Below are positions 31,708 to 41,974 of a stretch of DNA of 64,000 nt, in pieces; within the stretch, counting starts at the first letter, position 1; every line of letters begins with the position of its first letter. Position numbers and translations under genes: made by a program. The notes under the pieces were generated by a model that was not told the origin of the DNA, searched no databases, and saw only the letters and a program-made list of their open reading frames with translations. This DNA comes from an uncultured Thiomicrospira sp. (GTDB lineage Bacteria > Pseudomonadota > Gammaproteobacteria > CAKMZV01). The stretch lies in NCBI GenBank assembly GCA_965195345.1, contig OZ239628.1, forward strand, positions 64,001-128,000, read 5' to 3'.

Positions 31708-33066
31708 TTAATTATTTGCTCTGGGTGATTCTGGAATGCCTTCAGGGTAAGCCATCGCAGGTACTTTAACTGGATCAAGTCCTTCAATTTGAGCTTTTTC
31801 AGGCACGCGCAACATATCAAACTTATCGAGAATGAATGCTGTTATATAGCCTGGTACAAAGCCTAAGAGGAAGAACACTGCCGCACCAATTATTTGTCCA
31901 ATCAAACTGATTGTTGGAACGCCTACGTCGCCTTGTAAAGCTGGGTACCCTGAAGCGAACACACCCAACATGATAACGCCGTACAGACCAATTGTCCCAT
32001 GAACAGTTACGGCACCTACTGCGTCATCAATGCCCCATTTTTCTAATAAATCAGCAGCAGGTTTCAATAAAATACCAGCCGAGAAAGAAATAATGAATAC
32101 ATGCGATGGGAAGTAAATGTCTAATCCCGATGCAACCGATATGATACCAGCCAGAGCACCAGACATCATCCAGAATGGATCTTTAGTTAGAATCCATGCG
32201 CCAATTATTCCACCAGACACCGCCATTACAATATTGAAAGCGAGTGATGACAATGTAATTGGTGTGCCATAGATTGTTGCTGCTTTATCTGCGAACCAAC
32301 TCCAAGCTTCACCCGGAACGATGATACACGCCATAAGAAAGCCAAAAAAGCCAACAATGATAAGCATTAAACCTACTACTGTAAGTGGCATGTTATGTCC
32401 AGGGAGATGGTTAGCTGAACCATCAGCATTGAATTTTCCAACACGTGGACCTAAAGGAATCAACACTCCAAGTGCAAAAAATCCAGCAACAGCATGCACT
32501 AAGCCAGCCGCTCCAAAATCATGAACTCCGAACTTTGTAACCAACCATCCGTCAGCGTGCCATCCCCAAGCCGCAGCCACTACCCAAGCAAACGATCCCA
32601 ATACGATAGCACAAATGACAAAACCAGTTGTTTGAATTCTTTCAATCACGGCTCCTGACATTATTGATGCTGTCGTTGCGGCAAATAAAGCGAATGCACC
32701 CCAGAAAACACCTGAAGCAGTATCTGCGATATTTGGTCCCATGTACTGAGCGGACTCACCCCAAGCTAAAGCAATAGAGCTTGCATAGGCTGCTCCCGAG
32801 ATTCCTGCCGCACCTTCTGAAAAAGTAAGACCTGTAGGAAATGCCCAATATACCCACCAGCCGAAAAAGTAAAAAGTAACAATCACAAAAGCGAATGCCA
32901 ATAAATTTTTAATACCTGAAGATAATACATTTTTAACACGCGTAGCGCCCATTTCATAGGCTAAAAACCCTGCATGTATTATCATCATTAAAGGTATCGT
33001 TAAGTAGTAGTACGTTTCAGCAAACATCCTGTTCGTAGTTTTTGCTAAAAGCATTAATTCTTCCAT
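31708..33066 (-). CDS. amt: Amt/Rh family transporter, divergent (probable methylated-amine or ammonium channel)
   Basis: About 11 TM helices; SGAVIER, HDFGAAGLVH, LGPRVGKF, PGHN, IDDAVGAVTVHG; AAGGAG RBS. Confidence 0.88.
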   Translation of the reverse strand: MEELMLLAKTTNRMFAETYYYLTIPLMMIIHAGFLAYEMGATRVKNVLSSGIKNLLAFAFVIVTFYFFGWWVYWAFPTGLTFSEGAAGISGAAYASSIALAWGESAQYMGPNIADTASGVFWGAFALFAATTASIMSGAVIERIQTTGFVICAIVLGSFAWVVAAAWGWHADGWLVTKFGVHDFGAAGLVHAVAGFFALGVLIPLGPRVGKFNADGSANHLPGHNMPLTVVGLMLIIVGFFGFLMACIIVPGEAWSWFADKAATIYGTPITLSSLAFNIVMAVSGGIIGAWILTKDPFWMMSGALAGIISVASGLDIYFPSHVFIISFSAGILLKPAADLLEKWGIDDAVGAVTVHGTIGLYGVIMLGVFASGYPALQGDVGVPTISLIGQIIGAAVFFLLGFVPGYITAFILDKFDMLRVPEKAQIEGLDPVKVPAMAYPEGIPESPRANN

Positions 33067-33544
33067 AGTCTCTCCTTTTTGATAACTACATATGATATTT
33101 AAGGTGGATACACTTACCCCACCATCTAAAAACCATTATGCCTTTAATCTAAAAAAAATGCAAATTGAAATATTCACCAAACAAATAAGTAGGTATTTAA
33201 ATACTTTTGCCTTTGCAAGGTTCTATTGCTTATTTACTTTCCTAAAGCGGCCCTCTAAAACAAAAGGCAGAAATAATTATTTATGAAATAATAATTTCAA
33301 AAAAGGCTTCTGCAGAAATCATTGCTCATCGAAATAAGGAAAACTTATTATATATATAAATAAAACAAATATTTAATGGCATACTAACAACCATCTAAAA
33401 ACTTTTATCTATAATTAAGTACAACACCCTTCTAAATAACTTATTTTATGATAAAGTGGTTAGCTTGGATTTTATTGGTACATCTCAAATGCGCGCTAGA
33501 TACAACAGATTACTTGCCAGTCAATTACAGGTGCAATAACCACC
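33067..33544. promoter_or_regulatory. AT-rich divergent amt/tdm control region with a 13-bp direct repeat
   Basis: ACCATCTAAAAAC occurs at 33121-33133 and 33390-33402. Confidence 0.5.
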
Positions 33545-35842
33545 ATGATTGACTTTTCTCAAACAAACGAAAAGCGCTTAAGCGAGAGAAAAATGCTCAT
33601 TGGTGGGCAAGTTCGTTTGTTTTTTCTCGGCGAAGGCGACTCCATTGAAATAATTGATGTAGAAGGATCACAACCGTGCTCTATTTTCGCATTCAAAGAT
33701 AATGAATCTTCTTTGAACGCCCTATCTCTTCAACCAACAAAAGAATCTATTTTTGACATTGAAGGAGATCATGCGGCAGCATTTGAGGCGCTTTCAAGCA
33801 CGCAATCTATAGACGTTAAATTGCTTGAAGAGTCGGCTTTCTTCAACAAAAAAACATCTGCAAATAGCAGAAAAGTTTTAATTGCCAAGTGGGCTGTTCA
33901 GTGCATTCTTGTAGCGGCTGGAAAGTCGATGAGCGTGAGTGAAAGTGACCCTCCAACGGGTATAGAAACACGTATATTCCGCACCGATGAAAACAGAATG
34001 CTAAGTCCTGAAGTACCCGAACCACTTGCCCAACCATTAGTTGACGTACGCATTGAAAGTGCAACAGCACACGCTTATAAAGTCAAAGCTGGGCAATACA
34101 TTCAAATAATAGACGTCGAAGGACAACAATGCGCTGATTTTCAAGCATTCGCGCAAAGTGATGTGAATAACGGAAACGATTTTGCAATAGATCCAACCGT
34201 AACACGCACTTTTATGGGTTCATGTTACCCGCATCCAGGTTTATTTAACAAATTCTACAATGCAAATTCTGTGCCTTTAGCCGAAATCATTCAAGACACT
34301 GTAGGCAGACACGACACATTTGGTCTTGCTTGCAATGCGAAGTATTATGAAGACATGGGCTATCCAGGCCATGCAAACTGTACCGACAATTTCAATAACG
34401 TGCTGGCAAAGATGAACGTTCCTAGTCGTCGAAATTGGGCAACAATAAATTTATTTTTCAATACCAACGTAACCGATCAATCGAGCATTGAGGCGGACGA
34501 ATCTTGGTCTCGACCTGGCGATTTTATTTTGATAAGAGCCCTTACCGACCTTGTTTGTGTTACCTCAGCGTGTCCAGATGATATTGACCCTGCCAACGGG
34601 TGGAATCCCACCGACATTCATTTGCGCGTTTATTCTGAAGAAAATAATTTTGCTCCAGCTACTGTATTTAGATCAACTCCCGACGCTATTCCTACCATGA
34701 CAAAACCTACCGCTTTCCACGAAGAATTTTCCAAGTACACAAGGAACTTTTCAGAATATAACGGATATTGGCTAGCACAAGACTTTACAAACTACGGTGC
34801 TATTAAAGAGTATTGGGCATGCAGAGAGCGGGTTGCAGTAATGGATTTATCACCGTTGAGAAAATTTGAAATTTTCGGACAAGATGCCGAAGAATTGATG
34901 CAATACGCTATTACCCGCAACGTTAAAAAACTTGCCGTTGGGCAAGTCGTCTATTCGGCAATTTGCTATGAGAACGGCGGAATGATTGATGATGGCACGC
35001 TGTTTCGACTAGATGAAAATAACTTCCGCTGGGTTTGTGGCAATGACTATTCTGGCATTTGGATGCGTCAGCTGGCAAAAGAAAAAGGCTTAAAAACATG
35101 GGTGAAAACATCCACCGATCAACTGCATAACCTTGCCGTACAAGGACCAAATAGTCGCGATCTATTGAAAGAAATCATTTGGACGCCGAGCACACGAACA
35201 AAAATAGAAGAACTTGCATGGTTTCATTTTAGTGTTGGCCGTATTGGAGGCGAGCAAGGCATACCTATCATGGTTTCTCGTACTGGTTATACTGGCGAAC
35301 TTGGATACGAGATCTGGTGCCATCCTACACACGCCTCCAATGTCTGGCAAGCCATTTGGCACGCAGGACAAGCGTTTGATATTGCACCTCTCGGATTGAA
35401 TGCCTTGGATATGTTGCGCATTGAGGCTGGACTTATTTTTGCAGGGTATGAGTTTTGTGATCAAACCAACCCTTTTGAAGCAGGTATTGGTTTTTGTGTC
35501 CCATTAAAAACAAAAGAAGATGACTTTATTGGTAAAGATGCTTTGATGCAACGCAAGGAGCACGCCGAACGGAAATTAGTTGGATTAGAGTTAGAAGGTA
35601 ATGAAGTTGCTCAGCACGGTGAGGGGGTTTATATAGGTCGCCAACAGATTGGAATCATTACCAGTGGCACACGCTCACCAATTTTACGGAAAAATATTGC
35701 TTTGTGCAAAATCGACATTCTATCAAGTGAAACGGGAACGCATGTTGAGGTTGGGAAGTTAGATGGTCATCAAAAACGTCTTGGGGCTATTGTTTGCCCA
35801 TTCCCATTTTATGATCCTCAAAAATTGAAAGTTAGAGCATGA
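33545..35842 (+). CDS. tdm: Trimethylamine N-oxide demethylase (DUF1989 + GcvT-like domains)
   Basis: QIIDVEGQQCADF, RHDTFGLAC...YY..MGYPGHANCTDN, SACPDDIDPANGW (Zn/Fe ligands), then the THF-binding domain SRTGYTGELGYE. Adjacent to tmoXWV. Confidence 0.92.
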   Translation: MIDFSQTNEKRLSERKMLIGGQVRLFFLGEGDSIEIIDVEGSQPCSIFAFKDNESSLNALSLQPTKESIFDIEGDHAAAFEALSSTQSIDVKLLEESAFFNKKTSANSRKVLIAKWAVQCILVAAGKSMSVSESDPPTGIETRIFRTDENRMLSPEVPEPLAQPLVDVRIESATAHAYKVKAGQYIQIIDVEGQQCADFQAFAQSDVNNGNDFAIDPTVTRTFMGSCYPHPGLFNKFYNANSVPLAEIIQDTVGRHDTFGLACNAKYYEDMGYPGHANCTDNFNNVLAKMNVPSRRNWATINLFFNTNVTDQSSIEADESWSRPGDFILIRALTDLVCVTSACPDDIDPANGWNPTDIHLRVYSEENNFAPATVFRSTPDAIPTMTKPTAFHEEFSKYTRNFSEYNGYWLAQDFTNYGAIKEYWACRERVAVMDLSPLRKFEIFGQDAEELMQYAITRNVKKLAVGQVVYSAICYENGGMIDDGTLFRLDENNFRWVCGNDYSGIWMRQLAKEKGLKTWVKTSTDQLHNLAVQGPNSRDLLKEIIWTPSTRTKIEELAWFHFSVGRIGGEQGIPIMVSRTGYTGELGYEIWCHPTHASNVWQAIWHAGQAFDIAPLGLNALDMLRIEAGLIFAGYEFCDQTNPFEAGIGFCVPLKTKEDDFIGKDALMQRKEHAERKLVGLELEGNEVAQHGEGVYIGRQQIGIITSGTRSPILRKNIALCKIDILSSETGTHVEVGKLDGHQKRLGAIVCPFPFYDPQKLKVRA

Positions 35843-35882
35843 GAGCACAATCAATGATAACTTTGGCGAAAGGGGATAAAAG

Positions 35883-36016
35883 TTTTAAGCGATGCTTGAA
35901 AATTGCATGAAACCATGGGGTTATGCAATGATATTGCCAGAAATGGCAATGAAATAAACCATTTGGAATTATTTCGGTAATGTTTATTTGTAAATTCATA
36001 ATTCTATGAATTTACA
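35883..36016 (+). other. Array of five abutting stem-loops in the tdm-tmoX intergenic region (putative structured RNA element)
   Basis: Stems at 35883-35901, 35902-35929, 35933-35950 (GAAA loop), 35952-35989 and 35989-36016 (perfect 12 bp). Confidence 0.55.
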
Positions 36017-36060
36017 GGTTATACCAAAATAATTCTAAAACTAAAAGAAGGAGATAAGCA

Positions 36061-37008
36061 ATGAAAAATATTTTTTCAAAACTTTTTACAGCACTCTTTT
36101 GTGCTGCAGCGTTAGGATTTTCGGGAATATCTTTAGCTAAGGATTCCTCAAGTCCTATTATCATTCCAACGCATAACTGGTCAAGTCAGATCGTTATGTC
36201 GCATGTTGTCGGCAAACTTTTTGAAAAAATTGGCGATAACGTTGAGTACAAACCAGCAGACAGTCAAGCGGTCTACGAATCAATTCGAAGAGGAGACGTG
36301 ACCATTTCTGTTGAAGTTTGGAAATCAACATTCGGCAATGCTTTTTATGCGGCCATGAAGAAAGGCGGAGTAATTGACGCTGGAACGCATGCTGCTGAAA
36401 CACGTGAAGAATGGTGGTATCCAGCTTATGTCGCAGATCTTTGTCCTGGATTGCCTGACTGGAAAGCACTGGATGCTTGTGCTGCTAAATTCGCCACTCC
36501 AGATACAGCTCCTAAAGGGCGCTATCTTGATGGACCTTTAGATTGGCATGGACAAGAAACGCTTGACCGTATTAAGGCGCTTGACATGAACTTTAAGGCA
36601 GTTTTTGCAGGTTCTGCTGCGGCTTTATGGGCTGAATTAGAATCAGCCAAAAAATCCAATCGTCCTGTTGTAGTCTTCAACTGGTCACCAAACTTCACTG
36701 ATGCACTCTATGGTGGTGATTTTGTTAAGTTCCCTGATTACTATGATGGTTGTAAATTATCTGACGGCGGTGATGGAAAGTGTGGAAGCCCTCCAGCGGC
36801 TTGGCTGAAAAAAGCGGCAAACTATCAAATGCCTAAAAAATGGCCTGCTGCTTATTCGCTGTTCTCTCTTGTTAGCTTCAACAACTTGCAAATTGCCACC
36901 ATGGCAAAATTGGTCGATGTTGATGGTCTAAGTCATGCTAAAGCGGCTGATAAATGGCTCGCTGATAACAAAAGCACTTGGAAACCATGGGTAGACGCGG
37001 TTAAATAA
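36061..37008 (+). CDS. tmoX: TMAO ABC transporter substrate-binding protein
   Basis: Signal peptide; HNWSSQIVMS, DSQAVYES, TREEWWYP, CPGLPDWKAL, GRYLDGP.DW, AGSAAALWAE resemble Ruegeria TmoX as recalled; follows tdm. Confidence 0.9.
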   Translation: MKNIFSKLFTALFCAAALGFSGISLAKDSSSPIIIPTHNWSSQIVMSHVVGKLFEKIGDNVEYKPADSQAVYESIRRGDVTISVEVWKSTFGNAFYAAMKKGGVIDAGTHAAETREEWWYPAYVADLCPGLPDWKALDACAAKFATPDTAPKGRYLDGPLDWHGQETLDRIKALDMNFKAVFAGSAAALWAELESAKKSNRPVVVFNWSPNFTDALYGGDFVKFPDYYDGCKLSDGGDGKCGSPPAAWLKKAANYQMPKKWPAAYSLFSLVSFNNLQIATMAKLVDVDGLSHAKAADKWLADNKSTWKPWVDAVK

Positions 37009-37015
37009 CCCAATC

Positions 37016-37054
37016 AAAGAGCGCTTGCGATGAACTGCAAGCGCTCTTTTTTTT
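37016..37054 (+). terminator. Rho-independent terminator/attenuator after tmoX
   Basis: AAAGAGCGCTTGC / GCAAGCGCTCTTT 13-bp stem with T8 tail. Confidence 0.85.
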
Positions 37055-37082
37055 AATTTTTAATATTTAAATTGCATAAAAA

Positions 37083-38132
37083 TTGGAGAAAATCTTGAAT
37101 CCTCAATCTTCAACTGCCGTTATTGAGTGTCAATCGGTATACAAAATTTTTGGTGAAAATGCCAAAAAGTTGCTTGAGCAATCCAACGGCTCTTCAATCG
37201 AGGATGTTTTAAAAAAGACAGACTGTGTCATTGGTGTCGATAATGTTTCTTTTCAAGTTTTTAATGGAGAAATCCTTGTTGTTATGGGTCTTTCTGGCTC
37301 AGGAAAATCAACATTAATTCGTTGTATTACACGCCTCATTGACCCCACCGCAGGAAAAGTCTTTATTGATGGCGAAAATATTCTTGACATGGACGACAAA
37401 AAACTCATTGAAATACGCCGTCACAAAATGGGAATGGTATTTCAAAATTTTGCACTACTACCACATAAAACAGTGCTCGAAAATATTGCTTTTCCTTTAC
37501 AAGTTCGTGGCATACCCAACGCTGATAGTTTCAAGCGTGCGCAAGAGATGATCGAACTGGTTAGTTTACAGGGTCGAGAGAATAGCTTCCCTCGGGAATT
37601 ATCGGGAGGTCAACAACAACGTGTCGGGATAGCGCGCTCGCTTGCGGCAGAGCCTGATATTTGGTTTTTAGATGAACCCTTCTCCGCACTTGATCCACTT
37701 ATTCGTCAAGAAATGCAAGATGAGTTTTTACGCTTGCAAAAAATGTTGAAAAAAACCATCGTATTCATTACCCATGACTTTCAGGAAGCGCTTCGACTTG
37801 CTGATCGTATTGCCATTATGTATCATGGACGTATTGAACAAATTGATACACCTGCCAATATTGTTTTAAATCCAGCAACTGAATACGTTCGCAAATTCAC
37901 TCAAAGCGTACCTCGTGAACAAGTTCTTAAGACAAGCGATGTTATGGAGAAGCTGGATAGCACCGCCGATTTTTCAGACGCAAGCGTTCAAGCTAATGTA
38001 ATTATTGAGTCGGTTGCTCATCAAATCCTTTCTTCAACCAAAGCCGTTAAAGTTATCGATCAAGGCGAAGTAGTTGGAATGCTTAATCCACGTAACATAT
38101 TACAAGTTCTTTTCGATAAGTCCAATCATTAA
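37083..38132 (+). CDS. tmoW: Betaine/TMAO ABC transporter ATP-binding protein (ProV-like)
   Basis: GLSGSGKST, LSGGQQQRVG, DEPFSALDPLIR, ITHD. Confidence 0.88.
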   Translation: MEKILNPQSSTAVIECQSVYKIFGENAKKLLEQSNGSSIEDVLKKTDCVIGVDNVSFQVFNGEILVVMGLSGSGKSTLIRCITRLIDPTAGKVFIDGENILDMDDKKLIEIRRHKMGMVFQNFALLPHKTVLENIAFPLQVRGIPNADSFKRAQEMIELVSLQGRENSFPRELSGGQQQRVGIARSLAAEPDIWFLDEPFSALDPLIRQEMQDEFLRLQKMLKKTIVFITHDFQEALRLADRIAIMYHGRIEQIDTPANIVLNPATEYVRKFTQSVPREQVLKTSDVMEKLDSTADFSDASVQANVIIESVAHQILSSTKAVKVIDQGEVVGMLNPRNILQVLFDKSNH

Positions 38133-38133
38133 T

Positions 38134-40116
38134 ATGTCAAAACTACTAATGCATAGAGGAATTCAGTTTGGAATATTACTTATTGCTTTTTTCACCCTGC
38201 TATTAAGTTCTAATCTACTCCCTGAGTGGGCGCGTCTATATCCGCATGCCTTGATAATTCCTTTTGCAGATTGGATTAATGCCTCAATGATATTTTTACA
38301 GGATGACTTTTGGACGTTCATTGTTGTTGATGAGGATGATTTTGAAGAAGAGACAACTGCGGTTATGTTTGCTTCTCGAAGTCTATCAGACTCAATCCAA
38401 TTTGCTATAGATATCTTCCGCAATTTATTACTTGGAGGCAATAAAGGGCTCGGGCTTCCCGCCATTCCATGGGTTGCCTTGGCAGCAGCTGCTTTCATCG
38501 CCGGATACGCCCTTAAAGGATGGCGATTGTCTTTGCTCGCTGGGCTAAGTGTTATTTACCTTGCAATTATGGGTCAATGGTACGAATCGATGCGTACACT
38601 TTCACTGTTGTTTGTCGCAGTACCTTTGTCCATTTCTATTGGTTTATTTTTTGGTATCGTCGCCTATAAAAATAAATCGTTTGAACTAACACTAGCTCCA
38701 TTGCTTAACATTGCCCAATCGTTACCGCATTTTTCATACCTCATTCCAGTGGTTGTTTTTTTTGGCATAGGTGATCACGCTGGAGCGATCGCTACCATTG
38801 TTTTTGCAACGCCTCCGATGATTCGCTTAACTTTGCTTGGCTTGAAAAAAGTGTCTCCTGAAGTCGTTGAGGCTGGTGTGATGAACGGGTGCAACAATAA
38901 ACAATTATTATTTAAAGTATTAATCCCCTCCGCCCGTCACGACATTATGATTGGCGTAAATCAAGTGATCATGTCATGCCTCGCTATGGTTGTTATAGCC
39001 TCTTTTATTGGTGCATCGGGGCTTGGCTATAGCCTATTAGTAATGCTCAACGGTTTGAAAATAGGAAAAGCGTTTGAATTCGGGGTTTCCATCGTGCTAA
39101 TCGCAATTGTGCTTGATCGTCTATCGTTAGCATGGGCGGAACATCAACGCGATTACTTGGCGAATCTTCCTTTTCATAAACGTTATCGCTTTTGGATATA
39201 TCTATTAACCGCTCTGATAGTTAGCATTGTACTGTCTTCATTCTTCCCAATTCTTTACTTGGTTCCAGAAGAGCTCGCGCTAACCACAGCTCCTTTTTGG
39301 GATGCTATTGTTGATTGGATCATTACGAACTGGTCGGATACGTTGCAAGTTTTTCGAACGTTTATGCTCGTAGAGATTCTTATCCCTATGCGCAATGCAT
39401 TCATTGCTATTCCTACCGTTGCTTTGTTGCTTTTAGTCTCTGGAGTAGGATATCTGCTCGGTGGGATACGTTCAGCGATTATTGTCTTTTTATTCATAGC
39501 TTTTATCGCCGTTACTGGTTGGTGGGAAAAAGCGATGATAACCCTCTACATGACAACATTCTCTGTAATCGCATCGGTAATCATCGGGCTAAATGTTGGC
39601 ATTTGGGCATCAAGAAAAACGGGTCGCGCCAAATTCATGCTTTTGATCTGTGATACTTTTCAAACTTTCCCATCATTCATTTACCTCATCCCAGTAATAA
39701 TGCTTTTTCAAGTCAATGATGTGTCAGTTATCACTGCTGTGATTATTTACGCAACCATTCCTGTAACACGCTATACCATTGAAGGATTAATGAGCGTGCC
39801 TCAATCACTACAAGAAGCAGCAACGATGTCTGGTGTTAACAAGATTCAACGATTGTTGGGTGTTGAATTGCCTATTGCATTTCCACACATAATGATCGGG
39901 GTAAATCAAACAGTTCTTTTCGCACTGTTTATGGTTATTATCGGTGCTTTTATTGGCACCCAAGATTTGGGGCAAGTCATTATGCAATCTTTATCTGAAA
40001 GCAATATGGGTAAAGGTCTTGTATTAGGTCTATGCGTTGCGTTCATAGGGCTTACAATTGATCATTTAATCAATCAATGGGCTGTTAAACGCAAACGAGA
40101 GCTGGGAATTAGTTGA
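38134..40116 (+). CDS. tmoV: Betaine/TMAO ABC transporter permease, tandem-duplicated ProW-like domains
   Basis: Two ProW-like repeats (QSLPHFSYLIP...EAG; QTFPSFIYLIP...EAA). ATG 38134 follows the tmoW stop. Confidence 0.88.
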   Translation: MSKLLMHRGIQFGILLIAFFTLLLSSNLLPEWARLYPHALIIPFADWINASMIFLQDDFWTFIVVDEDDFEEETTAVMFASRSLSDSIQFAIDIFRNLLLGGNKGLGLPAIPWVALAAAAFIAGYALKGWRLSLLAGLSVIYLAIMGQWYESMRTLSLLFVAVPLSISIGLFFGIVAYKNKSFELTLAPLLNIAQSLPHFSYLIPVVVFFGIGDHAGAIATIVFATPPMIRLTLLGLKKVSPEVVEAGVMNGCNNKQLLFKVLIPSARHDIMIGVNQVIMSCLAMVVIASFIGASGLGYSLLVMLNGLKIGKAFEFGVSIVLIAIVLDRLSLAWAEHQRDYLANLPFHKRYRFWIYLLTALIVSIVLSSFFPILYLVPEELALTTAPFWDAIVDWIITNWSDTLQVFRTFMLVEILIPMRNAFIAIPTVALLLLVSGVGYLLGGIRSAIIVFLFIAFIAVTGWWEKAMITLYMTTFSVIASVIIGLNVGIWASRKTGRAKFMLLICDTFQTFPSFIYLIPVIMLFQVNDVSVITAVIIYATIPVTRYTIEGLMSVPQSLQEAATMSGVNKIQRLLGVELPIAFPHIMIGVNQTVLFALFMVIIGAFIGTQDLGQVIMQSLSESNMGKGLVLGLCVAFIGLTIDHLINQWAVKRKRELGIS

Positions 40117-40160
40117 GAAAAAATCGAATAAACACACTAAATTAGTAAAGGAGTAAATAG

Positions 40161-41828
40161 GTGAACGATATTGAAATTGCACAACAGGCAAAACTTGTAA
40201 ACATCTCGGATGTGGCTGAAAAAATAGGCATCCCCGAAGATGCTTTGATTCCATACGGGAAAACAAAAGCTAAAATCGATTTAAAGTACGTTGATAGTTT
40301 AAAAGATAAAAAAGATGGCAAGCTGATCTTAGTCACAGCCATTTCTCCAACACCCGCAGGAGAAGGAAAAACAACCACGTCAGTCGGCTTAAATGATGGG
40401 TTGAATCGCATTGGTAAAAAATCCATCGTTTGTTTACGCGAACCCAGTCTTGGTCCTTGCTTTGGTATGAAAGGAGGTGCTGCTGGTGGTGGGTATGCAC
40501 AGGTGGTGCCAATGGAGGATATAAACTTACATTTTACTGGCGATTTTCATGCCATCGGTATTGCTCATAATCTGCTTTCAGCACTACTTGATAATCATAT
40601 TCATTGGGGTAATGAAGCAGGAATTGATTGCCGTCGTATTCCTTGGAAGCGTGTGGTAGATATGAACGATAGGGCATTGCGTAACATCACTTGTGCATTA
40701 GGTGGTCCAGGGAATGGTTTTCCACGAGAAGATGGTTTTGACATTACCGTTGCATCCGAAGTAATGGCAATCTTTTGCTTATCATCTAGCATGGAAGATT
40801 TACAAAACCGACTGAGTAAAATCGTCATCGGTTACGATCGAAATAAAAAACCCATAACCGCCGAAGCCCTTAGTGCTCCCGGTCCCATGGCTGTATTATT
40901 AAAAGAAGCTTTACAGCCCAATCTGGTGCAAACGCTTGAGCATAATCCTGCGATTATTCATGGGGGACCTTTTGCGAATATTGCCCACGGTTGTAATTCA
41001 GTTATTGCTACGACTACCGCTTTAAAAATGGCTGATTACGTGGTGACTGAAGCTGGATTTGGCGCTGACCTTGGTGCTGAAAAATTCTTTGACATTAAAT
41101 GCCGATCCGCCAACCTTAATCCAGTCGCAGTTGTGTTGGTTGCAACGGTACGAGCACTCAAAATGCATGGTGGTGTACCAAAAACAGAACTTGGTCCTGA
41201 AAATGTCAAAGCAGTACGTGCTGGTTCAACCAACCTCGCAAGACACATCGAGAACTTAAAACAATTCGGTGTTCCTGTGGTGGTTGCTATCAATCATTTT
41301 TCTCTTGATACTGAAGCGGAATTAGCCGTTATTCATGAAGTAGCAAAAGCCAACGGCGCTAAAGCAGTTAATGCAACACACTGGGCACATGGTGGTGCAG
41401 GCACTGAAGAGCTCGCAAAGGAAGTCATTAAGATCGCCGATAGTGGTGTTTCTGAGTTTGCTCCACTTTATCCAACGGACATGCCTATTTGGGAGAAAAT
41501 TAAAACCGTAGCAACACGCATCTATCGCGCTGGGGATGTGATTGCTGATAAGAAAGTACGCATGCAGATAAAGGAATTGGAAAACGAGGGATTTGGAAAT
41601 CTTCCTGTGTGTATTGCCAAAACGCAATTTAGCTTTTCAACCGACCCAAATCTTATAGGAGCTCCTACCAATCATACTATTCCCATACGAGAAGTACGCT
41701 TATCAGCGGGTGCAGGTTTTATAGTTGTAGTATGCGGTGATATTATGACAATGCCTGGGTTACCACGCGTTCCCGCGGCAAATAAAATAAAGATGAGTGC
41801 TTCTGGTCAAATTGAAGGTCTTTTTTAA
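40161..41828 (+). CDS. fhs: Formate--tetrahydrofolate ligase
   Basis: [45 protein letters not shown]; GTG start with AAGGAG. Confidence 0.97.
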   Translation: MNDIEIAQQAKLVNISDVAEKIGIPEDALIPYGKTKAKIDLKYVDSLKDKKDGKLILVTAISPTPAGEGKTTTSVGLNDGLNRIGKKSIVCLREPSLGPCFGMKGGAAGGGYAQVVPMEDINLHFTGDFHAIGIAHNLLSALLDNHIHWGNEAGIDCRRIPWKRVVDMNDRALRNITCALGGPGNGFPREDGFDITVASEVMAIFCLSSSMEDLQNRLSKIVIGYDRNKKPITAEALSAPGPMAVLLKEALQPNLVQTLEHNPAIIHGGPFANIAHGCNSVIATTTALKMADYVVTEAGFGADLGAEKFFDIKCRSANLNPVAVVLVATVRALKMHGGVPKTELGPENVKAVRAGSTNLARHIENLKQFGVPVVVAINHFSLDTEAELAVIHEVAKANGAKAVNATHWAHGGAGTEELAKEVIKIADSGVSEFAPLYPTDMPIWEKIKTVATRIYRAGDVIADKKVRMQIKELENEGFGNLPVCIAKTQFSFSTDPNLIGAPTNHTIPIREVRLSAGAGFIVVVCGDIMTMPGLPRVPAANKIKMSASGQIEGLF

Positions 41829-41974
41829 TTTAATTCTTGCATTAGCTTTTATTTGGTTTGAACATAAGTTTATTTAATAATTAAAAGTTACAGGATGCCT
41901 GAAAATAAAAAGACGTTTCCATTTTTTAAATCAAATGCTTAATTTTTTAGCAACTAACATGATGGAGATTTATT

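Noticed and set aside
33092-33286. 64-aa ORF between amt and tdm
   Set aside because: It lies in an AT-rich divergent promoter region with no RBS or protein-like features.
35883-36016. CRISPR or REP array interpretation of the hairpin series
   Set aside because: The hairpins share no repeated sequence, there are no spacers, and no cas genes occur in the window.
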